From contig OZ024753.1 of the NCBI GenBank assembly GCA_964016885.1, positions 28,954,001 to 29,018,000 on the forward strand: DNA of 64,000 bases. Direction: 5' to 3'. Positions 26,172 through 38,519 of the stretch are shown in pieces. The notes below the pieces were generated by a model. It was given only the letters and a program-made list of their open reading frames with translations. It was not told where the DNA came from and made no database searches. Numbering within the stretch: position 1 is the first letter of the stretch; the number at the start of each line of letters is the position of its first letter. Origin of the DNA: Eledone cirrhosa. Its lineage: Eukaryota. A program made the position numbers and the translations under genes.

Positions 26172-26945
26172 GATGTTAAACCTGCCATCGGATTAAGCCT
26201 ACTGCGCCAACAAGTCACGGCATCATTTGGACTCAGAACGCAAAGAATCGTAATTCTTCCGTAAGAAATAATAAAAACAACGCAATATGAAGTTCAAGAG
26301 AATAGAAAAATAAACACTGAGAAACGAAGCAAGTTAGTGGAAGCAAGTGGCGGAAATGAGACGGGGTGGGAGACTGTAAATGAGAAAGTGAGAGAGGGAG
26401 AGAAAGAGAGAGATTCGTAGTTAGTGGTAGAGAAGTAAGGTGTATTGTGTTAGCACAGCATTCGCAGCGGAGAACAGGTGATAGCTATGTAATAAATATA
26501 GGGTAGAGAATATGAGAAGTAGTCATATACGTGGACAAACATTGCGACACACATATATATATATAGGCTCCTGCGGTTTCTGTGTCTTCCTGGGCTTGAC
26601 GAATCAAAGAAAGAAAGAAAGAAAAACAGACCCTAAAATATATTTTCCGTGCTATTTCCAACTTCACCTTCTCTCTCTATGTATATATGCTGACCAGGAC
26701 TACCATGTTGCTTGTTTATTTCCTTTCTTTGGTTTGCTTTTATCCTTCTATGTTGTTCACTTGTCCCCCTCGCTTTACGCGATTTACTGGTCCCAATAAT
26801 TTTTTTTAGTTATTGCTCGCGCCAACCTGAGGTATATGATTTTTAATGCGATGAAATACCAATGATCGTTGGAAAATCACTGACGAAGGACTATTTTTAT
26901 CATATGTAACCTATGTGCAACTACGCAGTATTCTTCTTTCTTCTC

Positions 26946-26989
<44 letters not shown>

Positions 26990-27226
26990 GAACTGAAAGA
27001 TGGACAGTCCCATCTCCTCAGTCAACCGCTGGGAATAACTACAGTTTCGATTAATAAAGGTCGATACCATTCATTCCAGTGCATATTGGGACATAACAAA
27101 ACAGGTAGAGACAAGTTATGCCTTTAGAGAGATAACACAAATATAGAGTGCGCCAGGGCTTAGCCAAAGGAGAAAAATATAGAAAGGAGAAACGATAAAG
27201 CTCCACAGTAAATAAGTAGATATTAA

Positions 27227-27640
27227 AGTAAGTCCCCCATCTTACGAACATCTGACTTACGAATTTCCGCAGATACGAACAGTCTCAAGAAGAAAATAAA
27301 CATTCTCTGAGTTTCAAATTCGCGTTTTTGTGGGCTCTTTCGAGTGCTGGGTTCCTTCGTTTGTAGCATAAAAAATAGCTTCCTTCTTTTGCCGCATAAA
27401 AAGAAGCCGAAATCGTACCTACGGAATAGGATACCATTCTGCTTTCGCAGATTATAAAAATATTTTTTTTTGTTTAACAATTTATTGTCATTAGCTTTAC
27501 AGTATTTAAATTCATTATTAAATGTTATATATACCTCTATATACAGTATATATATTACTCAAATGGAATCCAGCAGTATCAATGTAACATATGGGTTAAC
27601 TGGTACGTACTGTGTTAGACGATCAACTTGCAAACAAATC
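27227..27640. mobile_element. Probable Tc1/mariner (pogo/Tigger-like) end fragment
   Basis: Begins AAGTAAGTCCCCCATCTTACGAACATCTGACTTACGAA, resembling CAGGTAGTCCCCGACTTACGAA-type TIRs; no partner TIR seen. Confidence 0.45.
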
Positions 27641-27667
27641 AGCTAACGAGTGGTTTCTCTCTCTGTC

Positions 27668-27719
<52 letters not shown>

Positions 27720-27721
27720 AT

Positions 27722-27815
27722 ATATTAATAAATGGAAACTATATTTATAAAACCATAATTATTTTATAATAAAATAATCATGGTTTTATAAATTTAGTTT
27801 CCATTTATTAATATA
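27722..27815. repeat. Palindromic terminus beside (TA)n
   Basis: ATATTAATAAATGGAAACTA.ATTTATAAAACCAT is mirrored by ATGGTTTTATAAATTTAGTTTCCATTTATTAATAT. Confidence 0.75.
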
Positions 27816-27905
27816 TTGAATATTTACTCCAGTAACTGTTGGGTGCTTTATATCAGTTATAAACCTTTTAAGCTTGTTGAATCCCAACAAATTAAATATA
27901 ACTTT

Positions 27906-27951
<46 letters not shown>

Positions 27952-28298
27952 GTGACTTACTGTATTTACTTAAATCGTTTCAATTGTCTGAGTTGGCAGC
28001 CACCAGGGTTACATAAGGACTTTTGTTGGCCAGCTAGAAATGTACCGGTAAATATTTCTTTCAATATATGAAAGTATATAATATATTGAATTGATCATAG
28101 TCTTGTTACTGTTCAGATATATTATTGATTGGTTATAGAGTTTCAATCGATGAAATCGATATGCGTCAATGTGAGATCTCTATTGAGTTGACAGTCGGGA
28201 AGCAGGGTATAAACTTCAGACAGACCTAGATTGCAAAGCTTTCTTTATCCAAGTATGAAAAAAGGACTGTTTCATAATCGCTAAGCCGGCTGAGAAAT

Positions 28299-28690
28299 AT
28301 CAGTCATATACCTGACAAATCTCACCATCAGTCATATACCTGACAAATCTCACCATCAGTCATATACCTGACAAATCTCACCATCAGTCATATACCTGAC
28401 AAATCTCACCATCAGTCATATACCTGACAAATCTCACCATCAGTCATATACCTGACAAATCTCACCATCAGTCATATACCTGACAAATCTCACCATCAGT
28501 CATATACCTGACAAATCTCACCATCAGTCATATACCTAACAAATCTCACCATCAGTCATATACCTGACAAATCTCACCATCAGTCATATACCTGACAAAT
28601 CTCACCATCAGTCATATACCTGACAAATCTCACCATCAGTCATATACCTGACAAATCTCACCATCAGTCATATACCTGACAAGTCTCACA
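28299..28690. repeat. 28-bp minisatellite, 14 nearly perfect copies
   Basis: Unit ATCAGTCATATACCTGACAAATCTCACC. Confidence 0.97.
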
Positions 28691-29469
28691 AGTCTTTAAA
28701 AAAAAAAAAATTGAGATATTAAATATTATCGAAAGTACAGTATAGACATGGAATGTAGGCCTGGGCGATCATGTTTGACTTTGTGCATGCTTCACCTCCG
28801 ACCGAGAAGAATTTTATTACTTCTTACTTCTACAGGGAAACACCGATTGTTTTCTGTTAGATGATTTATATTTTTTGATTTATATGTTTCATTTGTTTTT
28901 ATTTGTGAGTTTGAGAAATATATTGTGTTGGTGTAGTAATAGACACCTAACAAACATTTTCAAAATTTCTATCAATCATACAGTCAGTCACACATTAAAG
29001 ACGTGAGAGAAGGAGAGAGAGATGGGGGGGGGGGGGGGGTGATACAGGTAGATGCTATACTGGTATAAAAATAGTAGATATTTTGTGAACATGCCAAAAG
29101 ATTACGTTCAAATCTCCACAAAATCTGGCTTCCGAATATTACCAGTAACAAAGAATATAAAGAATAAAATCAAAGAAGCACATATTCACCACCTCAGTAT
29201 ATATATATATATTAGAAAGGGGAAGTAAGGTTCTATACAAAACAGTGGATATAGAGAAAAGGTGAAGTTGGAAATACCACGGAAAATATATTTCAGAGAC
29301 ATTTTTCAATAATGTCACTGACGAATCAAAGAAAGGAAAACAAAGAAACACAGACCCTAATATATATATAATATATATATATATATAATATAACGAAGGA
29401 AATGTGGTAAGCAACAAGGTGGACCATAACGCACCAAAGTACTCAATACTTAGGGTAGTAGAGTGGGTA

Positions 29470-29590
29470 ATAGGAACCAGTAAGACCCCGACGGCTGAGC
29501 TCAAGCCGTTTTGACGGCTAATTCTGGACTCAGGATTAGCCGTCGAAACGGCTTGAGTTCAACCGTCGGGGTCTTACTGGTTCCTATATA
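29470..29590. mobile_element. Palindromic Penelope-like terminus, each arm with the 3' half of a hammerhead
   Basis: About 55-bp arms; right arm TAGCCGTC-GAAA-CGG-cttgagttcaa-CCG-TC-GGGG; flanked by TA tracts. Confidence 0.7.
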
Positions 29591-29738
29591 TAATATATAT
29601 ATATATAATATATATATATATAATATATATATATATATGTAATATATATATAATATATATATATATAATATATATATATAATAGTAATAATAATAGTAAT
29701 AATAATATCCAGTTCTGCGTTTACAGATTGACTTTGTT

Positions 29739-29789
29739 AGTTTCAGAAGATCCCGTTAAGGGTGAAAGCAGCGATTCTTTGCTTAAACT
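29739..29789 (+). ncRNA. Hammerhead-like motif with variant CAGAAGA core
   Basis: AGTTT-CAGAAGA-t CCC gttaa GGG t-GAAA-GCA..TGC-TT-AAACT: all three stems form, CUU triplet. Confidence 0.6.
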
Positions 29790-30016
29790 TTAATCTGTTA
29801 TTTTAATAAATATATATATAATATATATATATATAATATATATATATATATAATATATATATATATATATAATATATATATATATATAATATATATATAT
29901 ATATAATATATATATATAATATATATATATATAATATATATATATATATAATATATATATATATAATATATATATATATAATATATATATATCAATTTAT
30001 TGAAATATATATATAT

Positions 30017-31892
30017 CAATTTATAGAAAGCCGAATGATACGCTTAATTACATAAGTAAGCATTCCAACCATCCTGCCAGCATAACCAAGAACCTGGTAA
30101 GAAACGTTTCGTTGAGGCTTTCCCGTCTTTCCACCAACGAGCGCATTTTCAACGACCATTCCACTTATTACAATGAAGCTCTTGTTCGAAGTGGATTTGT
30201 CGATAAGGTAGCATATACAGAGTACGAAAATAGACCTAGAAGAAATAGATCCCGTCGCATTTGTTGGTTTAACCCACCATATAATATGGAGGTGGCCACA
30301 CCATTAGCTAAGATCTTTCTTTCCCTTATTACGAAGCATTTTCCCCCCTACACATAAATATAGTAACATTTTTAATAGAAATACTATTAAAATTTCTTAC
30401 TCTACGACTCCTAACCTTGCACATAACATCACAGCTTCAAATTTAGCTAAACTACCTAGCCGTAGGAACACGTGCAACCCTGTAGTTAGTACTAACTGTA
30501 ATTGTAGGAATCGGGCTGATTGCCCCCTATCCGGGAAATGCATCTCTAGTAACATTGTCTACAAATGTAAGGTTATAACACCCACGTCCCGTAGGGCCTA
30601 CATAGGGTTAACCGCCAATAGTTTCAAGCAGCGTCTTTACATGCATACCCATTCTTTTCGTTACCCTCTAAGAAGGAATATGACGTCACTTTCAGCTTAT
30701 ATTTGGAGTCTAAAAGACAACCACACCCAATATAAGTTACACTGGGAGATCCTAGCTAGGGCTAGATCGTATAACGGAAATAAAAGACCATGTGACCTCT
30801 GCGCCGCTGAGACCCTGGAAATACTCTACGCCACAGACCACATCTTAAACAAAAAATCTGAGGCAATTTCGGCTTGTAAACATAAATTGCACAAAACTTT
30901 CCTGTATTACAGCCCCACGTTATACCCTAACGGATAGTACGATCTATACGTGGATATTTTACGTCTTGATGTAGGAGCTAAGTATATGTTTTGTTTATTC
31001 CTTTACTTATTTGTGAAGGTATGTATACCTCCTCGTACGTATATTTGATTGTTATGGCGTATAATTTTTATATATTCTGGTATTTAGGGTTTGGCTATGT
31101 GTATACGGGAGTTTTGCGGCTGCGTGAGTATGCAGGTTCGTACGTATGGTGGGTGTGTGTATATGTGTACTTCTTGTTTTAGTTGACTTACGTCTCCGAA
31201 CATTCGTGTATTTATATGTAGGTATGTGTGTGCGCTTGTTATATACGTATTTATTTACTTATATACGTTTATATAATTATTTATTTATTTGTACACAAGC
31301 ATACACACACACACATATTTATATGTGCGTGGTTTTGTATACCTATGGTAAGGTTTTGCGTATGCTTGTGTATGTACGTATTTGTTTGCGTGTACGTATT
31401 TATTTATTTCTATTACTTCTGTATTGTATTTATTTACTTTGTTCTTAACTCTGTAGCGGAGATTCTTTTGGTCTCCTAGTTAGAATTTTAGTCTACGACT
31501 AAAACGTGGTTTTGTTTTTGCGTGCTATTGTTCTCCACGCTCCACATATGACTTATTATCTTCGCTTTTTCGTTCATTGCCAGAGAACGTCTCTATGCAC
31601 CACCTAAGAGAACATTAGTCAACGACCTCTTTTATACCATAAACGTGGTTCTGTCTTTGCGCGTAATTGTTTTTCACCGCTCCTATTAATGACGTATATT
31701 CGTTTTTTCCCGTTCTTTGCCAGCGAACGTTACCACGAACCAAAGTATCGTCTTCCTGTCTTCCTCCGGTTGCAACGTTTTTTGAAATGTCCAGTTCTGC
31801 GTTTACAGATTGACTTTGTTAGTTTCAGAAGATCCCGTTAAGGGTGAAAGCAGCGATTCTTTGCTTAAACTTTAATCTGTTATTTAATAAAT
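30017..31892 (+). mobile_element. 5'-truncated Penelope-like element (WFNPP type; RT thumb, C-terminal GIY-YIG, 3' UTR)
   Basis: IYRKPN..HSNHP..LRLSRLS..WFNPPY..; after one frameshift in a C-run near 30345: NTIKISYS..CNCRNRADCPLSGKC..NIVYKC..AYIGLT..FKQR..CDLC..CKH, stop at 30937; both ends abut (TA)n. Confidence 0.9.
31821..31871 (+). ncRNA. Hammerhead-like motif with variant CAGAAGA core at the PLE 3' end
   Basis: Identical to 29739-29789; lies about 20 nt before the element end. Confidence 0.6.
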
Positions 31893-32267
31893 TAATATAT
31901 ATATATATATAATATATATATATATATAATATAATATATATATATAAATATATAATATAATATATATATATAATATAATATATATATATAAAATATAATA
32001 TAATATATATATATAAATATATAATATAATATATATATATAAATATATAATATAATATATATATATAATATATATAATATATATATATAATATATATAAT
32101 ATATATATATAATATATATAATATATATATATAATATATATAATATATATATATAATATATATAATATATATATATAATATATATAATATATATATATAA
32201 TATATATATATATATAATATATATATATAATATATATAATATATATAATATATATAATATATATAAT

Positions 32268-32310
<43 letters not shown>

Positions 32311-32406
32311 TATATATAATATATATAATATATATATATATAATATATATATATAATATATATAATATATATAATATATATATATAATATATATAATATA
32401 TATAAT

Positions 32407-32440
<34 letters not shown>

Positions 32441-32474
32441 ATATATATATATATAATATATATATATATAATAT

Positions 32475-32519
<45 letters not shown>

Positions 32520-32639
32520 TATATATATATAATATATATATATAATATATATATATAATATATATAATATATATATATGATATATATATATAATATATAT
32601 AATATATATATATAATATATATATATATATAATATATAT

Positions 32640-32674
<35 letters not shown>

Positions 32675-32720
32675 ATATATATATATATATATAATATATA
32701 TATATATATTATATATATAA
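31893..32720. repeat. Long interrupted (TA)n tract
   Basis: About 830 bp almost entirely A/T. Confidence 0.97.
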
Positions 32721-32961
32721 ATGAAAGGTATAGAAAGTATTGTAGCAAGAAGCCAACAGTATTCCATAATATATAAGTGAATATAGCGTCAAAATGGGAA
32801 AATAGTTAACGTAAGATGTGGGAAAAATAATTCAAACTCAAACTATATATTATATATATAATGCGATGAAATACCAATGATCGTTGGCAAATCACTGATG
32901 AGGGACTCATTTTATAACATGTAATCCATGCGCAACCATGCAGTATTCTTCTCCCCATATT

Positions 32962-33008
<47 letters not shown>

Positions 33009-33123
33009 CAAAGAGATATTTAATTTGTTGGTTATTCAACAAATTTATTTATAACAGATTCGAAGCACTCAACCGATTTTCTCGAGTATAATATCAATGA
33101 TATTAATATCATTGATTTATTTG

Positions 33124-33183
<60 letters not shown>

Positions 33184-33268
33184 AGTTATTCCGGGTTGAA
33201 TCGGAGGTAACCACAGTAAGTAAGGTACTCAATACATAGCAGAGTATAAAAGTTTTAATATAGATGAG

Positions 33269-33315
33269 ATTCTACAGGACTAGAACTGTTTCATTCTTTA
33301 GAAATCATCAGGAAT
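33269..33315 (-). ncRNA. Type I hammerhead ribozyme in a short PLE-like terminus
   Basis: Minus strand ATTC-CTGATGA-t TTC taaa GAA t-GAAA-CAG ttctagtc CTG-TA-GAAT; relatives at 45578-45613 and 46155-46200. Confidence 0.78.
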
Positions 33316-33484
33316 ATATACACTTCAATGTCGTCTTCTTTTCGTGGTAGGTCTATACCGTAGTTAGAACTGAATGTAATCCGTTAACAAGTAATTCAGT
33401 GAGATCCAGAGATAGGTTCCGTGTTTCGCTAAGTCAATCCTTTAGATATAGTCTGCTATATTAGATATTAGTTAACAATGATAA

Positions 33485-33606
33485 GCATGGAGTTATGGCC
33501 CTTTACGGCCTGAGTTCAAATTCTGCCGAGGTTAGCTTTGTCTTTCATCCTTACAGGGTCGATAAAATAAAGTACCAGTAATGAACTGAGGTCGATTTAA
33601 TCGACT
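33485..33606 (+). mobile_element. Partial Nin-SINE
   Basis: B box GAGTTCAAATTC and GGGTCGATAAAATAAAGTACCAGT. Confidence 0.8.
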
Positions 33607-34125
33607 TTTATCTATCTGTGTACGGATATATGTGAATGTGAGGATGCAGATATGTGAATGCACTTATGTTTATTTTTATACGTGTGTACACGCATGGGTG
33701 TACGCTGATGGACGTTTGCGTGTGTGTACTAAATGTTTAAAATACAGATTATAATTCTTAACACGTATTTGTTTTAATACGCACATTTATAACATCTCGC
33801 ACCTAACGATATGGAGAAGCACTAACACCACTAGAGGAACCCATATCAGTTTACCTATATAAATTCTTCCTTGACAACCTGAAGGATTGTAATTGACCAG
33901 CTCACACCACTACCACTACAGGAAAGTAGGTCTACTGGACCAGAATATATATGCAGTTAAAAGCAGTTCTTAACAGGCTGACCTGTTTCTAGGAGAACTG
34001 ACCGAAGAATTTCAATAGACTTTTGGCTGGGGAGCTAATATGATATCTGACCAACGAGGTGAGGTCATGTCCTTTGGGTGCTGAAATTCATTCATTCTAA
34101 ACCATATGCTTTCAGTTCCTTAGAG

Positions 34126-34436
34126 CAGTGCTACTCAAAGTGGTGGTCCGTGGACCGGTGCCGGTACGCGAGCCATCAGCTACCGGTACGCGGCCAGTGT
34201 CTAGACCATGCTAAGGAATCATTTGAGGAATTTTTTTTATTACTTTTTTTTATATGTTTTGGTATTGTATTATTTGTTTACAAAATAAATAGAAGATAAA
34301 AAAATGGTCAACTATTATTATATTTATTATATATATCGTTTCCGGTATAAATTAATATTACTACGAAATATTAGCGGTACGTGGCACATTGAAAAAAAAT
34401 GCCGGTCCGCCACATCAGATAGTTTGAGAAGCACTG
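34126..34436. mobile_element. 311-bp hAT (Charlie-like) MITE
   Basis: TIRs CAGTGCTACTCAAA / TTTGAGAAGCACTG with a perfect 8-bp target duplication CCTTAGAG (34118-34125, 34437-34444). Confidence 0.92.
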
Positions 34437-34807
34437 CCTTAGAGGACTTAACACCACACTCTGTATCTGAACATATCAATGGATTAACAAGGTAAAATCT
34501 ATTACAACATTGTTTTCCTGTTCAAGTGTTTACTGCCTAATGACGTCATAGCTGTTGAATAAATAATGGCTATCACTGAAATATATTTAGCAGAGAATAT
34601 GAATAAACGTAGTTACTTTTAACCTGTTGACTTACACTTCTTGTTTTTACATTACACCGGAGTAAACAGACCAACCTGTGCACTTCGTTGAGTGTTCCAG
34701 CCTGCATACTGAAGTGTTGGTAAACAACCAACACTTACTAAAAATTATATATGTATGAATAGATAGATAGATAGATAGATACATAGATAGATAGATAGAT
34801 AGATAAA

Positions 34808-35140
34808 AATCGATTAAATCGACCTCAGTGCATTACTGGTACTTTATTTTATCGAACCTGTAAGGATGAAAGACAAAGCTAACCTCGGCGGAATTTGAAC
34901 TCAAGCCGTAAAGGGCCAAAACTATGCTGCAAAGCCTTTACAATTCAATTCTCAAAATAATTCTTTCTACTTTTAGGCACAAGGCCAGCAATTTTTGGGG
35001 GAGAGGGAAAGTCAATTAAATCGACCCCAGTTCATTACTGGTACTTTATTTTATCGATTCCGTAAGGATTAAATACAGCTAACATCGGCGGGATTTGAAC
35101 TCAGACCGTAAAGAGCCGTAACTATGCTGCAAAGCCTTTA
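34808..35140 (-). mobile_element. Two adjacent 5'-truncated Nin-SINE copies
   Basis: ACTGGTACTTTATTTTATCGA..GGATGAAAG..TTTGAACTC occurs twice. Confidence 0.85.
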
Positions 35141-35434
35141 CAAGCCTTCTCAAAATAATAAGAACATTTCCTTATGTGTGTTTCTTTTTGCATGTAATAT
35201 ATTCTACGAAACTAACCCTACATCAAGCCATTCTTCTTTAAATTCTGTTGTTGTGACTCATGTAATTAACTGTGGGCTGATGCTATATTTATTTAATGCT
35301 GGCAGCATTTTGTATGAGTATTTTCTTGCTTTTCTGCTGTTAGCAGCTTTGATTTCAACATTTAACATCTCCGGTTCAACGTAGTCGTTGGACAGATTAT
35401 ATACCACTCACCCACCACAAATTATATCTATTTC

Positions 35435-35446
35435 TCAAACGATGCT
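35435..35446 (-). CDS. Candidate terminal coding exon of the LDLa gene (SIV*)
   Basis: Acceptor ctatttgttttctag|AGC ATC GTT TGA, phase 0, extending the hydrophobic tail; a GTGAGT donor-like site lies about 25 nt downstream. Confidence 0.4.
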   Translation of the reverse strand, partial: SIV

Positions 35447-35799
35447 CTAGAAAACAAATAGGCTGTAAATACATTACGAAGTAAACGAGGATTAGAACAA
35501 TCTAGATTTTCCCTAGTTCTTAAGGTTAGTTTCAGGGCTAGCTGTGTTATATTGTATTCCATTTAATTAGATCTATTACAATACTGAGAAATACTGAAAT
35601 ATTTCAGCTTACCATGGTAATGTATCAAACCTGTTGAATACATCGGGATATATATACATATACACACAGAGAATACATTATCGTGAAACAAATTTATACT
35701 TTTAATACATGATTCAAAGCAAAGCTGCTCCCACGACCCTCTCAGGAATAAGTGGGCGAAGGCGAAGAAGAAGAGAAGATACAATGTGTGTGTGTGTGT

Positions 35800-36000
35800 G
35801 TCATCATCATCAACGTTTAACGTCTATCTTCCACGCTAGCATGGGTTTGGACGGGAATTGTCCTACTTGAGGCAAGATTGGTCGGGTGACCATGTCTCGC
35901 TCGTATAGGGCCGTCTGGCAGGTTTTCTACGGCTGGATGCCCTTCCTAACACTAACCACGTTTACAGTGTAGACATGGGAAGTTTTTACCGTGACGTACG
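35800..36000 (-). mobile_element. RTE 3' UTR / tail fragment
   Basis: Reverse complement of the 20500-20730 UTR (GGCTGGATGCCCTTCCTAACAC) with an (ATC)n tail. Confidence 0.85.
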
Positions 36001-36054
36001 GTAAATATTGATGCAATTCAATTCAAGCACTCAACGTACTTCTTTCACACAGGA

Positions 36055-36325
36055 ATGCGAAGTAGTTTCGGATGTTAAAGTCCTTTATTGTTAAGGCTAT
36101 GATACATTTCGATAAAGGGAACGGGTGAAGGCTTCAAGAACATCATCTTTGTCTGTTCCCTTGTCGTTTCAATTTGGATTGCTTCGGGAACGTAACCTTA
36201 TGTAAGAAGTTGTCTGATGAGAGCATGGTATTGGGTAGGCCAAATCGCGTGGCCATTGTCGTCCTCGACCTATGCATCACAGCCTTATCAATAAAGGACT
36301 TTAACATCTGAAACTACTTCGCATT
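36055..36325 (+). mobile_element. PLE-like terminus with inverted partial copy and a degenerate hammerhead (36209-36283)
   Basis: About 55-bp inverted arms; GTTGT-CTGATGA-GAG..CTC-GAcct-ATGCAT-C-ACAGC; the inverted arm retains GAAA-TGTA-TC. Confidence 0.6.
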
Positions 36326-36333
36326 TGGTCTCT

Positions 36334-36395
<62 letters not shown>

Positions 36396-36708
36396 GAAAA
36401 AAGATGAAATCGAAAATAATTGAGATGTGGTTTTTCTCGCAGATGCGAGAAAAACCACAAACCCTCAATCTCAATTATTTTCGATTTCATCTTTTTTCCT
36501 TATACTTTCACTCGTGCAGGACACCTCGTTTTTTTTTCATTTTGTAAAAAAACCTCACTTTCTAATATATATATATATATACATACATATATATATATAT
36601 ACATATACATATACATACATAATTACATATACATATACATATACATACATAATTACATGTACATATACATATATATACATATACATACATAATTACAACA
36701 GTGACATA

Positions 36709-36758
36709 ACAGGTACTCAAGTTTCATTGGGTTCTGGGCCCCAATTTCTTCAGCCTAT
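36709..36758 (-). ncRNA. Type I hammerhead ribozyme (sense to the host pre-mRNA)
   Basis: ATAGG-CTGAAGA-a ATTGGG gcccagaa CCCAAT-GAAA-C TTGA G-TA-CCTGT on the minus strand. Confidence 0.82.
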
Positions 36759-36768
36759 TGTTCTCATG

Positions 36769-36818
36769 ACAGGTTGAAGAAATTGGGGCCCAGAACCCAA
36801 TGAAACTTGAGTACCTGT
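36769..36818 (+). ncRNA. Hammerhead copy with a C3U change at the inversion junction
   Basis: ACAGG-TTGAAGA-..-GAAA-CTTGAG-TA-CCTGT. Confidence 0.6.
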
Positions 36819-36870
36819 TTATGTCACTGTTGTAATTATGTATATATATGTATATGTATATATAAATATG

Positions 36871-36954
<84 letters not shown>

Positions 36955-37010
36955 GTGAGGTTTTTTTACAAAATGAAAAAAAAAAAACGAGGTGTCCTGT
37001 CATGAGAACA

Positions 37011-37059
37011 ATAGGCTGAAGAAATTGGGGCCCAGACCCAACGAAACTTGAGTACCTGT
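37011..37059 (+). ncRNA. Type I hammerhead ribozyme
   Basis: ATAGG-CTGAAGA-aa TTGGG gcccaga CCCAA c-GAAA-C TTGA G-TA-CCTGT. Confidence 0.82.
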
Positions 37060-37430
37060 TATGTCACTGTTGTAATTATTTATACTAAACTCGTCCTGTG
37101 GACTATTTCACTTAACTTTTACTTCAGTATATATATTCCTGCTATTATATCAAGCGTTAACCTCATATATCCCTCCCATATACTATACCGGTTGTGTTGT
37201 TATTTCTGTTTACCGTTTACATATAATATATATATATATTGTATGTATTCAGAAACAATAACCATACCAGGGTACTAAAGATCTCAAGTAAATAAGTGTA
37301 AATTCATTATTCATAGAATGACAACAACAAAAATAACAACAGCAACGTTAAGATCAACAACATACAAATAAATAATTAAAAAAAAAAGAGAAATAAAAAA
37401 AAAAAGAGAAACGAAAATAAAAGAACTTAC

Positions 37431-37781
37431 CAAATTACACACTAAAACAAAGATAAGGCACCAGACGAAAATTCCTCGGAACATACTTTGCCGATGTCTA
37501 TTAGAAGCGTTTTTAGTACGAACACTGCTGACAGACCCGGCCGAGTTCCCTTGATCACCTTGGTTTATGTTCTGTTTTTCTTCTGCTAATTTTCGTTTCT
37601 TTTCTTTGCGTTGTTTTCTTCGTTCTTCCCGATCCAACTGATTATTGCTTTCGCCATCGCCGTCAGGAGATGAAGTCGTTCGTCTGCGATTGTTTCTTTG
37701 ATTTTGCCTCCTTCGATTCTCCTCTTCATCGGATTCTATCGTTTGGTCGAATATGTGGAATGTTCTGTTTTCGATCGAGGT
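37431..37781 (-). CDS. LDLa gene exon: charged low-complexity region plus C-terminal hydrophobic segment
   Basis: tttaag|ACC TCG ... AAT TTG|gtaagt, 351 nt, phase 0-0; TSIENRTFH..EERRKQRKEKKRK..NASNRHRQSMFRGIFVWCLIFVLVCNL. Confidence 0.8.
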
Positions 37782-37909
37782 CTTAAATGTATTAAATAAA
37801 AATAGTAATTGCGTTAGTAACATTTAATATTTTGTAACATAGGTACATGGTCATTTGTTTTATGGTCAGAGAACAGCCGATTATGTGACTAGTACTTTAT
37901 TTATCGACC

Positions 37910-38135
37910 CCAAGTGGTTAGAGAATTGGATTCGCAATCGTAAGGTTGGGATTTCGATTCCCAGACTAGGCGATGCGTTGAACAAGACACTTTATTTCAC
38001 GTTGCTCCTTCTGTCTGGATTTGCGGCCGACAGATAGTATTAGCAACTGGGAAGACCAATGGAAACATTGTTTCCTCGGTCCGATTTGACGAGCTCCACC
38101 TCACTCGTGCAGCGAATTAGGCCTGGAATCTTGTT
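37910..38135 (+). mobile_element. tRNA-derived CORE-type SINE
   Basis: AGTGGTTAGAGAATTGGATTCGCAATC..TTCGATTCC head, then CAAGACACTTTATTTCACGTTGCTCC; same family as 42055-42256. Confidence 0.8.
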
Positions 38136-38519
38136 GATTGATTAAAAGAGTATGCTCATAACGTAAAGAGCATTTTGCCTGTTGCTCTACCAATTTTGCC
38201 AACTCACTGCCATTCAATAATAACTGTAAAGATTTTTAATCGAAGTATTACGTCACACATTCCAGTGAATTAAATTAACCATTAAATTAACCACTAATTA
38301 GTAATTCTATATTATTGAGTCAAGAAAAGATGACAGCAATATATTTACTATTATATATAAAATAATTATATTAACTTTTAGAATAATTAAGAACATATAA
38401 ATCTAGAATTAAGAATGAGTTTTACAATTGACAAAAAAATGGAAATAGAGTCACGTTGGGAAAAATACCCCAAAATTGTGAAACCCAATAAAAATAACCA
38501 AACAAGCTACATAAATAAT

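Noticed and set aside
30017-30937. Selenocysteine-encoding (Naiad-type) PLE
   Set aside because: The endonuclease is C-terminal and the Cys codons read are TGT/TGC, with no in-frame TGA seen.
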